This document shows, one piece after another, positions 1-11,527 of a stretch of DNA of 64,000 nucleotides. The notes under the pieces were generated by a model. That model worked only from the letters and a program-made list of their open reading frames with translations, was not told where the DNA came from and did not search any database. Position 1 is the first letter of the stretch. Each line of letters opens with the position of its first letter. This DNA is from Octopus sinensis. Lineage: Eukaryota. The translations under genes and the position numbers were made by a program. The DNA lies in contig NC_042997.1 of NCBI RefSeq assembly GCF_006345805.1, positions 42,408,001-42,472,000 on the forward strand, in the 5' to 3' direction.

Positions 1-36
1 CACACACACACACACAGACAGACAGACACACACACA

Positions 37-83
<47 letters not shown>

Positions 84-100
84 GCACGCACGTACGCTCA
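1..100. repeat. (CA)n/(GACA)/(CGCA) compound microsatellite
   Basis: Direct reading. Confidence 0.95.
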
Positions 101-309
101 CAGCCAGTAGGTTAACTAACAACACTATTTCTTCAACCAGCTATTAACTTTGCTTTCTTTATATCTGGCCTTTGACAAATTTCATCCTCATTTCGCCTCT
201 TAACAAATGCTTCTCTTTCGCTATTTCCTTCCACTTCCTCCAATACCTGTTGCCACTCTACTCTTGATATACACTTTATATCAGTGTAAGTAATTGTTAC
301 TCCTTCACT

Positions 310-560
310 TTTTATATCGGCAGTTGGTTAAAAAACTCCAAAGGTTTGCTAACTTGCATGGGCCATAAGGATGAGATGAAAACACTTTTGAAATGTTCGT
401 CCAGTTTTTCACTAATCCTTACTAGGTTTTCCATGAGGGCGCCATCTTTTTGGAGGAGTGGCCCTAACCTGCAATGCACTGAGATGGTTTCTTTGCGAAA
501 TTTAGAGGAGCCTTCAGGGTGCGAATTACTGTAACCCAGGCTTCTTTGTCTGCTCTCTGT
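310..560 (-). mobile_element. Degraded CR1-like LINE ORF2 fragment
   Basis: CRLGPLLQKDGALMENLVRISEKLDEHFKSVF resembles the CR1 endonuclease-RT linker pattern (GPL..DG....SE.L...F.SVF). Confidence 0.45.
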
Positions 561-596
561 CTCTCTCTTTCTCATAGGAGTGTTTCAGGTTTTCAG

Positions 597-768
597 GCCA
601 GCTTAGCACCTGTGACGTCGCAACTCATTTCTACAGCTGAGAGAGCTGGAGCAATGTGAAATAAAGTGTCTTGCTCAAGAACACAACATGCAGCCCGGTC
701 CAGGATTCGAACTCACAACCTCGCAATCATAAGCTCAATGCTCTAACCACTGAGCCAAGTGCCTTCAC
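597..768 (-). mobile_element. tRNA-derived SINE (local family B), partial
   Basis: Reverse complement of the copy at 7328; A box/B box head, then cttgagcaagacactttatttcac. Confidence 0.8.
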
Positions 769-769
769 A

Positions 770-784
770 TATAATATATATATA

Positions 785-879
<95 letters not shown>

Positions 880-892
880 ATATATATATAAT

Positions 893-946
<54 letters not shown>

Positions 947-961
947 ATATATATTATATAT
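770..961. repeat. (TA)n-rich microsatellite
   Basis: Direct reading. Confidence 0.95.
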
Positions 962-1310
962 AATACCATCAAATACAGAGAAATGAAGGAAACGATTTCA
1001 AAAGAGTACTTCAGAAGGATCAAGTTGATACTGAAATCTAAGTTAAATTCTGGAAACATCAGAAAGTTGTAAAGGCAATAGATTCAAGGATTGTATCAGT
1101 TGTGAGATATGTGGTGGGTCACGTGAATAGGAACAAAGTGGAACTGCAAGATGCTGATTGAAAAATTCAAGAAATAATGACAGTGTACAAGGCTTTGCAT
1201 AAAATGGCACATGTGGAGAGGCTGTACATGAAAATGGAGAAAGGGGATTGATCAGTGTGAAGGATTGTGCAGAGATGGAAGTGAAAAGTCACAATCAGCA
1301 TACTCTTTTT

Positions 1311-1712
1311 TTTTTTTTACTTGTTTCAGTCATTTGACTGCGGCCATGCTGGAGCACCGCCTTTAGTCGAGCAACTCGACCCCGGGACTTATTCCTTTGT
1401 AAGCCCAGTACTTATTCTATCGGTCTCTTTTGCTGAACCGCTAAGTGACGGGGACGTAAACACACCAGCATCGGTTGTCGAGCAATGCTAAGGGGACAAT
1501 CACAGACACACAAACACACACACACACATATATATATACATATATACGACAGGCTTCTTTCAGTTTCCGTCTACCAAATCCACTCACAAGGCATTGGTCA
1601 GCCCGGGGCTATAGCAGAAGACACTTGCCCAAGATGCCACGCAGTGGGACTGAACCCGGAACCATGTGGTTGGTAAGCAAGCTAATTACCACACAGCCAC
1701 TCCTGCGCCTAT
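1311..1712 (-). mobile_element. tRNA-derived SINE (local family A), full length with internal (TA)(TG) microsatellite
   Basis: Head ggcgcaggagtggctgtgtggtaa...ggttcagtcccact, core ttgggcaagtgtcttc, tail ending gactgaaacaagtaaaa. Confidence 0.85.
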
Positions 1713-1974
1713 AGCAAAAGCATGTTAGCAAAAGCACTGAAGAATGGCTAGCAGCAGTAACCAATGCTAGCATGCTAGAAGGAGAAGCAAAATATGAAGT
1801 ACTTGAAAAGAGAAAACATATTTATATGGAACAACATTTACACCACAATTTATGAAGACTATTAAGACAGAAAAAGGCAAAGACACTTGGAAAAAGGGAA
1901 TTCTCATAAAAGAAACAGAAGAATTCATCATGGCAGCTCAGGATCAAGCCCTCTGGACAAATAGTGCAAAATAT

Positions 1975-2397
1975 ATAGGCACAGGAGTGGCTGTGTGGTA
2001 AGTAGCTTATTTACCAACCACATGGTTCCGGGTTCAGTCCCACTGCAAGGCACTTTGGGCAAGTGTCTTCCACTATAGCCTCGGGCCGACCAAAGCCTTG
2101 TGAGTGGATTTGGTAGATGGAAACTGAAAGAAGCCCGTCGTATATATATGTATATATGTATATATGTGTATATGTGCGTGTATGTGTTTGTGTGTCTGTG
2201 TTTGTCCCCCTAGCATTGCTTGACAACCGATGTTGGTGTGTTTATGTCCCCGTTACTTAGCGGTTCGGTGAAAGAGACTGATAGAATAAGTACTGGGCTT
2301 ACAAAAGAATAAGTCCCGGGGTCGATTTGCTCGATTAAAGGCAGTGCTCCAGCATGGCCGCAGTCAAATGACTGAAACAAGTAAAAGAGTAAAAAAA
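1975..2397 (+). mobile_element. SINE family A, full length
   Basis: Near-identical inverted partner of 1311-1712. Confidence 0.85.
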
Positions 2398-3073
2398 GAG
2401 AGTGGTCAATGTGTTACCATTGCGCAGGTTGTGTGATGAACGAGAAGAGAAATAGTGACCCACATAGTAAGTAAAAGTTCCAAACTCACACAGAAACAAT
2501 ATAAATCTTGGAGACATGATAATGTTGCAAAGAACATCCAATGGAAAACGTGCAAGAAGTATGGACTCCATCAGGACACAAGGGGTATGGAAATGTACCT
2601 GAAAAAGTGACTGAGAATGATGAGGTGAAACTTCTTTAGGGCTTTCCTATCCAAACGTATCATGCCAAAGAGCATAACAGGCCAGATACCTTGGTGTTTG
2701 AGACGAGGGAATGGACTTGCTACATAATTAATGTGGCCTACTGATTTGATACAAGAATAAGAGCCAAAGGAACCAAGGTAAATATATACCAGGGCTTGAA
2801 GAGAGAGATGACAGATTGTGGACTTGTGGAGAAAATAAGGTTGTACCAATTATCATTGGAGCTTTAGAATCAATGGGGAAGAGGCTCAAAGAGTGGACTG
2901 AAAAGATTGGCTTGCAGAAGATCATGGAATACATGCAACTAGCCTGCTTATTAGGAATTTTAAGAATCATTCAAAAGTCTTTGGATGGCTGAGGTCATAG
3001 ATGGTGACATATTATCCAAGAGTAAACCTATTTAAATTCCATCATAGGAGCGAGGTACAAAAAATGTCCAAAC

Positions 3074-3127
<54 letters not shown>

Positions 3128-3132
3128 AATAA

Positions 3133-3688
3133 ATGCCCTGATGCAGTACCAGACATAGGCTCTCATGGCTTCTGATCTTAACTGATTGGAAGTGTTATTG
3201 TGTACATTGTTTTGTCTTGCTATAAAAGATGGCCTACAGCAAATATTCTGCTCAAAACTACAGATTCACTTGTCAGTTGCTTGACCTCAACCATTTGAGC
3301 ATATTCCTTGGCAGCTGATGATATGTGCATCTCTGATCATGTGCAGAAGTAGTGGGGGAGCATCATAGCCATATATTGAGAGGAATTCTTTGAAATTTGG
3401 ATAATTCACCTTTGGAAACAGGGGTGTTTTGTTCATCATCCTTAAATAACCCTTATTCAGAGACCTTTTGAGCAAGATGGGCTACTCGACCTGAAGAAAA
3501 TTCTAACTGGGCTCCACCTGCAAAGTCATGTGCTGTTTATCTTGATATGAGATCATTAAGTCACACACGTATGGTTGTGATGCATGTGCCTGGGGTACCC
3601 TTATCAGATGGGCAGTCATGATGGGTATACTGGGCTTCATATATTTTATTGCAGTGTCTCTTTGATGGCATGCATGGCTCTCTCACTC

Positions 3689-3689
<1 letters not shown>
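3133..3689 (+). mobile_element. ~550-bp interspersed repeat flanked by (TAA)n, copy 1
   Basis: Aligns by eye with 3718-4192; ends ctctctcactcaataataat. Confidence 0.7.
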
Positions 3690-3717
<28 letters not shown>

Positions 3718-3719
<2 letters not shown>

Positions 3720-4192
3720 TTATCATGTACATGTTTTGTCTTGTATAAAGATGGGCTACAGCAAATATTCTGCTCAATACCACAGATTTGCTTGTCAGTT
3801 GTTTGACCTTACCAGTTGAGCATGTCCCTTAGTGGCTGACGATATGTGCATCCTGATCACGAGCAGAAATAGTGGGAGCATCCTAGCCATGTGTTAAGGG
3901 ATTCTTTGGAGTTGAATGATTCACTCTGGAAACATGGGTGTTTCATTCAACATCCTTAATCAGGGACCTTTTGAGTGGGATGGGTTACCCAACCAGAAGA
4001 AAATTCTAACTGGGCCCCACCTGCAAGGTCATGCGCTGTATATCTTGTTATGAGATCACCATGTCACGCACATATGGTTGTGATGCATGTGCCTGGTGTA
4101 CCCATATCAGACTGGTAGTCATGATGGGTATACTGGGCTTCGTATATTTGTACCCCAGTGTCACTTTGATGGCATGCACTGCTCTCTCACTC
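3718..4192 (+). mobile_element. Same (TAA)n-flanked repeat, copy 2 (5'-truncated)
   Basis: Shared gatgggctacagcaaatattctgctc...ctctctcactcaataat. Confidence 0.7.
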
Positions 4193-4222
4193 AATAATTA
4201 TAATAATAATAATAATAATAAT

Positions 4223-6953
4223 ATGCAAATACTACATCACAGAAAAAGATTTACCTGAGATAAAAGAAAAGCTAAAGCAAGATATCCTTGCCAAAGCACA
4301 AAGGATCCGCCGGTATGAGAAACGCCAACGTTTCTTTGAACAAAACAAACAGTTCAACTCCAACCCCCAAAAGTTCTACCAAGAACTTGGCAAAAATAAA
4401 ATAGACATCACTGCAGCACCAATGGCAGAAGAAGTGGAAGGATTCTGGAAAGGAATATGGTCGGCGAATGAACAACCAAAAAAAAGGAGTATTGAAACAA
4501 CAAACATAGCATCTGAGCTACTTTGGACCCCCAAAACAACTGAAGGGGTCACCCAGGCACTGCAAAGACTAAGCAACTGAAAGGCACCTGGGCACGACAA
4601 GATCCCCAACTTCTGGTTGAAATATCTACCAGGAATGCACAAAAAGCTGGCTGAAAATTTTAACAACATACTGGCAGAGCCAGAGACAATGCCTGAATGG
4701 GGAAAACCATCTTAATTCCAGCAAAACCAGAAAACTACAGACCTATAACCTGTCTCCCTACAATGTACAAAGCATTTACTGCAGTAATATCACAAAGATT
4801 AAACAAGCACCTGGACGAAAACAATCTGTTTCCAGACAAGCAGAAAGGAAGCCGCAAAGGCTCATACGGCTGTAAAGATCAACTAATGATCAATAAAGCC
4901 ATAACTGAAGACAGCCACAGGAAGAAGAAGAAAGGCCTCAGTATGGCCTGGATTTACTACAGAAAGGCGTTTGATAGCATCCCCCACACATGGATCCTCG
5001 AAACACTAGCCATTAACAAAGTACCACCAACAATTATAAAATTCATAGAGCACTCTATGAATAAATGGCAAACAGTGCTACAGTTCCAAACAAAAGAGGG
5101 ACTCATGAAAACCAAAGCCATCCCCATTAGAAGAAGAATATTCCAGGGAGACACGCTCTCTCCACTCCTTTTCTGCTTGGCACTGTCACCTCTATCTGAT
5201 ATGCTAAATAGAACTGGATGCGGATATAAATGTTATGGCAAAACGATCAGCCATCTTTTATATATGGATGACCTAAAACTATGCGCTGCAAATGACAAAC
5301 AGCTGGAAACACTATTAAAGACAGTTCATGGATTCACCAAAGAAATAGATATGACATTTGGATTAGAAAAATGCGCCAAAGCAACCATGAAAAGAGGAAA
5401 ACTAGTTAAGAGTGGCAACATCACACTAGATAAAACCAATGAAATAAAAGAATTAGACCAAAGCCAAACTTACAAATACTTAGGAATCCATGAACTAGAT
5501 AAGACACAACACACACAAATGAAAGAGAAAATAAAAAAAGAATATTATAGACGAGTTAGATCAATACTGAAAACAGAGCTCAATGCTAAAAACAAGATAA
5601 TAGGTATTAACACTTTAGCCGTCCCAGTTATAAGTTAAAGCTACAATATCCTAACCTGACCAAAATAGATAGGAAATCAAGAAAAATAATGACAGGATCT
5701 AGGATGCATCACCCAAAATCTGACATAGAAAGGCTATATATACAACGTATAGAAGGTGGTAGAGGCCTTATACAGCTGGAAAACTACTATAAAATAACCA
5801 CCATAGGACTGAAAAAATATCTACTTCAGAAGGAAGGAAAACTGATACAAATAGCGGCAAAACACGAGCAAAACAAAAAACTGTTCTCAGTATTTAAGGA
5901 AGCTGACAAATACAAACAAGAAATCATACCACCTAACAAATATGAAGAAGAAGAAGAAGAAGAAGAAGAAGAAGAAGAAGAAGAAGAAGAAGAACAAGAA
6001 CAAGAACAAGAACAAGAAGAAGAAGAACAAAAGCTATAAAACAAATGAAATCCAAACTAAAACTAGAACAGCAACGAACCATGATAAAACGATGGCAAGA
6101 AAAGCCCCTTCATGGCAAATACTGGACTAAACTAAACGCAAAAGAAATAGACAAGGAAAAATCCCAGCAATGGTTGAGAAGCTCAGGACTCAAAGCAGAG
6201 ACAGAGGGATTTTTAATTGCAGCAGAAGACTAAAGCCTCCCCACCAGAAATTACCAAAAACATGTAATGAAAAGAAATATAACAAGTAACTGCAGAATAT
6301 GTGGAGATGGACAAGAAATAATAAATCATATTATCTCTGGCTGCCCAGTCCTGGCTAAGAAGGAATATATTCACAGACATGACAGAGTTGGGACCTACAT
6401 ACACTGGAAGCTATGCCAACATTATGGAATAACAACAGAAAAAAGATGGTATAGGCACACACCAGAAAAGGTACAGAAAACGAGGAAGCAACCATACTCT
6501 GGGATATGCCAATACACACAGATAGAGAAATTAAGGCCAACAGACCAGGTATAGTTGTCAGAGATCATGAAGGAAAAAAATGCTTTCTAATTGATGTATC
6601 AATACCGGCAGATGACAACGTGTCTCTAAAAGAAATGGAGAAACTCTCAAAATACAAAGACCTGGAAACAGAGGTAACTAGAATGTGGAACCTGAAAACA
6701 GAAACAATTCCTATCATAGTAGGTGCATTAGGCATGATAAAAAAATATTCAGACAAATACATAACAAAAACACCAGGACTTACAAACACATATAACATAT
6801 AGAAAATTGCACTACTAGGCCCTGCACACATCCTACGCAGAACACTTTCCATACAATAACCATCAGAGCATCACAACAAATCACAGCACATACCCAAGGC
6901 ACACAGAGCTATGCTCGGTAGTGAAGTGAAAGCACGCTATAAAAATAAAACTA

Positions 6954-7007
<54 letters not shown>

Positions 7008-7008
7008 C
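4223..7008 (+). mobile_element. 5'-truncated Dong/R4-clade non-LTR retrotransposon (RT + CCHC + RLE), pseudogenised
   Basis: ORF 4697-5638 has RT motifs (YRPITCL, KAFDSIPH, FQGDTLSPLLF, YMDD); CRICG..HIISGC zinc knuckle at ~6290; RPGIVV..LIDVSIP endonuclease at ~6540; stops and frameshifts; (TAA)n on both sides. Confidence 0.88.
5944..6030. repeat. (GAA)n/(GAACAA)n expansion inside the LINE ORF
   Basis: Direct reading. Confidence 0.95.
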
Positions 7009-7104
7009 ATCATCATCATTATATCTCAACAAACACACACATACAAAATGACATTCTTTACTTTTTCATTTCTGTCTTATTTTTCCCTATATTCTATGTT
7101 TTAG

Positions 7105-7195
7105 TGAGCATGGCAGTGACAGTTTCCCACTTTCAAGGAAAGCCAATGGTTTTGAACCGGAAATCATGAATGCGTATGCTTATGACAATAAAGCT
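7105..7195 (+). CDS. Exon A of an unidentified plus-strand gene (EHGSDSFPLSRKANGFEPEIMNAYAYDNKA)
   Basis: Long polypyrimidine tract ending gttttag|T; donor GCT|gtaaga; 91 nt, phase 2 to 0, open frame. Confidence 0.62.
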
Positions 7196-7253
7196 GTAAG
7201 AACTCTATCTTTATTACATTTCACAATTTTCGTTTGCAAGTCTAAATTATATC

Positions 7254-7326
7254 TTCTTCTTCTTCTTCTTCTTCTTCTTCTTCTTCTTCTTCTTCTTCTT
7301 CTTCTTCTTCTCCTCCTTCTTCTTCT
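7254..7326. repeat. (TTC)n microsatellite
   Basis: Direct reading. Confidence 0.95.
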
Positions 7327-7327
7327 G

Positions 7328-7665
7328 TGAAGGCGCATGGCTCAGTGGTTAGAGAGTCGAGCTTATGATCGTGAGGTTGTGAGTTCGAATCCCGGACCGG
7401 GCTGCGTGTTGTGTTCTTAAGCAAGGCACTTTATTTCACGTTGTTCCAGTTCACTCAGCTGTAGAAATGAGTTGCGACGTCACAGGTGCCAAGCTGTATC
7501 GGCCCCTTTGCCTTTCCCTTGGATAACATTTGAGGCAAAAAGAGGAGAGGCTGGTATGCATGAGTGACTGCTGGTCTTCCATAAACAACCTTGCCCAGAC
7601 TTGTGCCTCGGAGGGTAACTTTCTAAGTGCAATCCCATGGTCATTCATGACCGAAGGGGGTCTCC
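7328..7665 (+). mobile_element. tRNA-derived SINE family B
   Basis: A box tggctcagtggtt, B box gagttcgaatccc, followed by a non-tRNA body. Confidence 0.82.
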
Positions 7666-7689
7666 TCCTTTTATTATTATTATGATTAT

Positions 7690-8222
7690 TAGGCACAAGG
7701 CCTGAAATTTTGGTGAGGGGGATAGTCCATTACTCAACTGATACATATATTATCATCCCTAAAAGAATGGATGGGCAAACTCCGCCAAGGTCAACTTTGC
7801 CTTTCATTCTTTCAGGGTCAATAAAATGAATACCAGCTAAGCACTGAGGTCTATGTAATCAACTTACCCCTCTCTCAAAATTGCTGGCCTTGTGCAAAAA
7901 CTTGAAAACATAAGGCAGCAAGCTCAAAGCATCATTAGCATGCCTGACAAATTGCTAAGCAGCATTTTGTCTGTCTTTGCATTCTGAGTTCAAATTCTGA
8001 CAAGGTCTATTTTGCCTTTCATCCTTTTAAAGTCAATAAAATATGTACCTGTTGAACTTTTCGATCGATGCAATCGACTTATCCCTTCAACTGATACTTA
8101 TTTAATTGACCCTGAAAGGATGCAAGGCAAAGTCAATGTTGGAGTAATTTGAACCCAAGACATAAAGACAGATGAAATGCCACTGTCCAGGGTGCAAATG
8201 ATTCTGCCCAGCTCACCATCTT
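7690..8222. mobile_element. Cluster of SINE family D fragments, both orientations
   Basis: Repeated ttctgagttcaaatt...gtcaactttgcctttcatccttt motif and its reverse complement. Confidence 0.7.
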
Positions 8223-8240
8223 AATATCCTTTATAAAGAA

Positions 8241-8757
8241 CTAGCAGTATCGCCCGGCGTTGCTCGGGTTTGTAAGGGAAATAACTATATAAGCATTTTT
8301 AGAGAGTTACTTCCCTTATAGATGCCAATTCGGGCTTTCTTAGCCATTTCTGTTTTGGTGTCTTCAAGCCATGAAGTTGTTGTTTTAAAAGAACGCTGGT
8401 CTCCTTGACAACGCTTTACGACGTTGATTTCCTTACACTCCCTTCCCCACAGCTTCACGAGGGAGGGAAGAAGGGGGAGAAGCAAACACAGCTGCAGGTG
8501 TTTGAGCGTGGACGCCAACTCCGCCGCCATCGACACACGAAAAATTATGCATTAAAATGGAATAAAAAATGATGTTAAATTATTTTTAAAATCGTAGACT
8601 CATTATAGACGCGCGCTAATACTCAGACGGGCTCGATATGAATCACGACTATAAGATACCCGAATTTGGTTAAACTGCACCGCAAAATGTGGGAGTAGTT
8701 AGGAATCTAAATCGAAGGGGACAGACACTCACACAACTACAGTTTTATATATATAGA
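8241..8757 (-). mobile_element. Non-autonomous Helitron
   Basis: On the minus strand: 5' TC, 3' CTAG preceded by hairpin CCCG-agcaacgc-CGGG, inserted at A^T with no TSD; homologous to 32580 and 34826. Confidence 0.85.
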
Positions 8758-8846
8758 TATGCTTTTTAATGATATCTAAGCATTTGATCTTCTGATGTAA
8801 TTTGATTTCCTTTTTATAATTTTGTTAATATTTTATCCGAATGAAG

Positions 8847-8987
8847 ATGTCACACACTGAATACGATGAACTAGCTAATTATGAGTCACAACAACAACAA
8901 CCACAACAACAACAACAACAGAGTCCAGTATACTATGCTCAAAGTGAATTCAGACCAAACTTGAGCCATATTGACACTGCTAAAGAT
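8847..8987 (+). CDS. Exon B of the same gene (MSHTEYDELANYESQQQQPQQQQQQSPVYYAQSEFRPNLSHIDTAKD)
   Basis: Acceptor atgaag|ATG after a T-rich tract; donor GAT|gtaagt; 141 nt, phase 0 to 0; only one frame is open. Confidence 0.62.
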
Positions 8988-9063
8988 GTAAGTATTTAAA
9001 TCAACAACTAATAACCATCATTTTAAGAATGTTCTAATTCATTCATTTAACATTGTTGTTTAG

Positions 9064-9165
9064 GAGTCAGTGCAAAAACACTTACTTAGTGCTGAGTCTT
9101 TTTTCCAAGCAAATCTTAAACTTCAAAATCAATTTCACAGGGAGTTGACACTGAGAGAGGGATGA
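9064..9165 (+). CDS. Candidate alternative exon C with in-frame stop (ESVQKHLLSAESFFQANLKLQNQFHRELTLREG*)
   Basis: Acceptor ttgttgtttag|GAG 76 nt after exon B; TGA at 9163-9165; donor-like G|gtgaga at 9167; internal second acceptor atttcacag| at 9140. Confidence 0.4.
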   Translation, partial: ESVQKHLLSAESFFQANLKLQNQFHRELTLREG

Positions 9166-9269
9166 GGTGAGAGAGAGAGAGAGAGAGAGTGAGACAGACA
9201 GCAGAGACAGCTTTATTAAGCGGCAGTAAAATTTATATGGATTTATGTGTGGTATACACACACAATATA

Positions 9270-9321
<52 letters not shown>

Positions 9322-9469
9322 TTTGATAGCTTTGATAAGTTCCAGCCAGTATAGGCACAGGCCATGTCTAACTCAATAGCGCCACCTGGTAAAGTCTTTT
9401 AGTCATATATGGGGCACTGTGGCCAACTCTAGCAAAGAGTTATTACTGTTGGAGACATATCCGGGTATA

Positions 9470-10655
9470 GGAGGTTGGGCCGGGATTTTTTTGAAGAAAT
9501 TTGTCCAGTGACACATTTGAATTTTATGGGATCCGTTTCTGTGTTTCATGTATTTTGGTATCAAAGAGAACAGGACCGGTTGAGGTATAGTAATTGTGAT
9601 GTAATGTTGCTATGTGTACCAAGTTTGATTTTTGTAGTCAGCCTGTGTTGGAGAGAGTAGAGATTGAGATTTTTTAGTTGACCCCAATAATCAATGCCTC
9701 TCATGCCATCTATCTTTCTTGTTATTGACCTCTGGAGTTGCTTCGTATAGAGGGGCCACAAAGGGCAACAGTATTCAAGGTGAGGTTGGGCAAAAGTGGT
9801 GTAGAGAAGGATGATGGTGTAGGCATCACTTGACCAGAAAGTTCTCAGAATCCAGGAGCACATCTTGCGGGCCAAGTCAACCTTCGTATGAGGAGACCAC
9901 AGTGGGCAACAGTACTCAAGGTGGGGTCGGGCCAAAGTAGAGTAGAGAAGGATGATGGTGTGGGTATCCTCAGACCGGCAAGTTCTCAGAATCCAGGAGC
10001 ACACCTTGCGGGCCAAGTCAACCTTGCTGTTTACATGGGAACTCCGGCTTAGATTGTTATCAACAATTACTACAAGGTCTCTGGTATTGCTGGATGACAC
10101 TAGGGAGTCGCCTGAGGGGAAAGCATATGGTAATTTCAGAGTTTCCTCTTTTCCAAAGTGGATCAAATCAAACTTGTCTTCATTTAGAAGCATATTATTT
10201 TTTTCTGCCCATTGGACAATAGCAAATAGATCTGACTGAAGGCATGTTCAGTCTCCCATGCCATTTATGGCTTTCTGGAGTTTGGAATCATCTTCAAAAT
10301 TTTCAATGTAGAATGTTTGATGACAACTATGTCGTTGATGTAAATAATGAAGAGGAGTGGGCCCAACACAGTACCTTGCAGGACACCACTACTGACTTTG
10401 GCTGGGCTGGATCGTATTCCCTCGAACACATGTTGGGCTCTGTTCGTTGGGAAACACTTTATCCACTGCAGCACCTTTCCATGGACTCCAATGCTGGACA
10501 GTTTCTTCAGCAGAGTTTTGTGGCCCTCTCTGTCAAATGCCTTGCTGAAATCAATGTGTATGATGTCGGTATTGGAGCCTTCTCCCAACGCTTTTAAGAT
10601 GTCACCAAAATGGTGCAGAAGCTGCAACTGACAGTCCTTGCCATCACGGAAACCA
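9470..10655 (-). pseudogene. CR1-clade LINE RT fragment with internal 141-bp duplication
   Basis: QHGFRDGKDC, IDFSKAFD, VSSGVLQGTVLGPLLFIIYIND, RPHLEYCCPLWSP. Confidence 0.85.
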
Positions 10656-10679
10656 TGCTGCAGATATATATATATTTCC

Positions 10680-10892
10680 TTATTGCCCACAGGGGACTAA
10701 ACATAGAGGGGACAAACAAAGGGTTTAAGTCAATTACATCGACCCCAGTGTGTAACTGGTACTTATTTAATTCACCCTGAAAGGATGAAAGGCAAAGTCG
10801 ACCTTGGCGGAGTTTGAACTCAGAATGTAACAGCAGACGAAATACTGCTAAGCATTTCACCTGGCGTGCAAACGATTCTGCCAGCTCGCCAC
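10680..10892 (-). mobile_element. SINE family D
   Basis: Head ggcgagctggcagaatcgtt...; body ttctgagttcaaactccgccaaggtcgactttgcctttcatcc. Confidence 0.8.
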
Positions 10893-10919
10893 CCTATATA
10901 TACATATATGTACATATAT

Positions 10920-10988
<69 letters not shown>

Positions 10989-10989
<1 letters not shown>

Positions 10990-11154
10990 CATCATCATCA
11001 TTGTTCGACCGTGGTCGAGACAATGGAATTTACCATGCTACGCCAGACTTCACGGTCCATCATGGCATTACGGAGGTCCTGTTGCTGGATGCCTGTATCC
11101 CTGGAGATTACATCAGGGTACGAGAGTGTGCGCCCTCTGGTATTGTGAGTAGAG

Positions 11155-11158
<4 letters not shown>
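10989..11158 (-). mobile_element. 3' end of a second RTE-like LINE with no 3'UTR, inside (TA)n
   Basis: Minus frame [40 protein letters not shown] runs directly into a (TGA)n tail. Confidence 0.65.
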
Positions 11159-11225
<67 letters not shown>

Positions 11226-11251
11226 GTGTGTGTGTGTGGTGTATATATATG

Positions 11252-11302
<51 letters not shown>

Positions 11303-11343
11303 TGTGTGTGTGTGGTGTATATATATGTATGTATATATATATA

Positions 11344-11387
<44 letters not shown>

Positions 11388-11527
11388 ATATATATATGTG
11401 TGTGTGTGTTTGTGTGTATGTATTAACCACCTAAGGGATATTAAATATCCAAAGAATTTACTGGCTTTTTTTTACCTATATAAATAACAATGTTATGAAC
11501 TATGTATAAAAAATAAAATTGAATTGA

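Larger units (their letters stand above)
962..3073 (+). pseudogene. Old Dong/R4-like (RLE-type) LINE 3' half, interrupted by two SINEs, ending in (TAA)n
   Basis: Decayed translations EYFRRIKLILKSKLNSGN, ERLYMK..GLISVKDC, KETEEFIMAAQDQAL, RHDNVAKNIQWK, HNRPDT parallel the ORF of the copy at 4223; (TAA)n at 3074-3130. Confidence 0.7.

Noticed and set aside
130-575. Two-exon minus-strand gene (ORF 312-575 plus an open stretch at ~135-272)
   Set aside because: Acceptors lack polypyrimidine tracts and the peptide fits a CR1 ORF2 linker better
3310-3900. Hammerhead-like CTGA(T/C)GA...GAA(A/G) in the 550-bp repeat
   Set aside because: Stems II and III and the cleavage triplet do not pair in register in either copy
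4697-5638. Active reverse transcriptase gene
   Set aside because: Upstream in-frame stop and deletion, premature stop at 5636, later frameshifts; 5'-truncated element
7328-7410. tRNA gene
   Set aside because: A and B boxes are present, but there is no proper acceptor stem or anticodon arm, and it continues into a SINE body; the same holds for the heads at 1975, 15676 and 24571
10814-11487. Long ORFs rich in YI/CV/HT (also 19283-19870, 23937-24227, 817-1059)
   Set aside because: Translations of (TA)n, (TG)n and (TACA)n microsatellites
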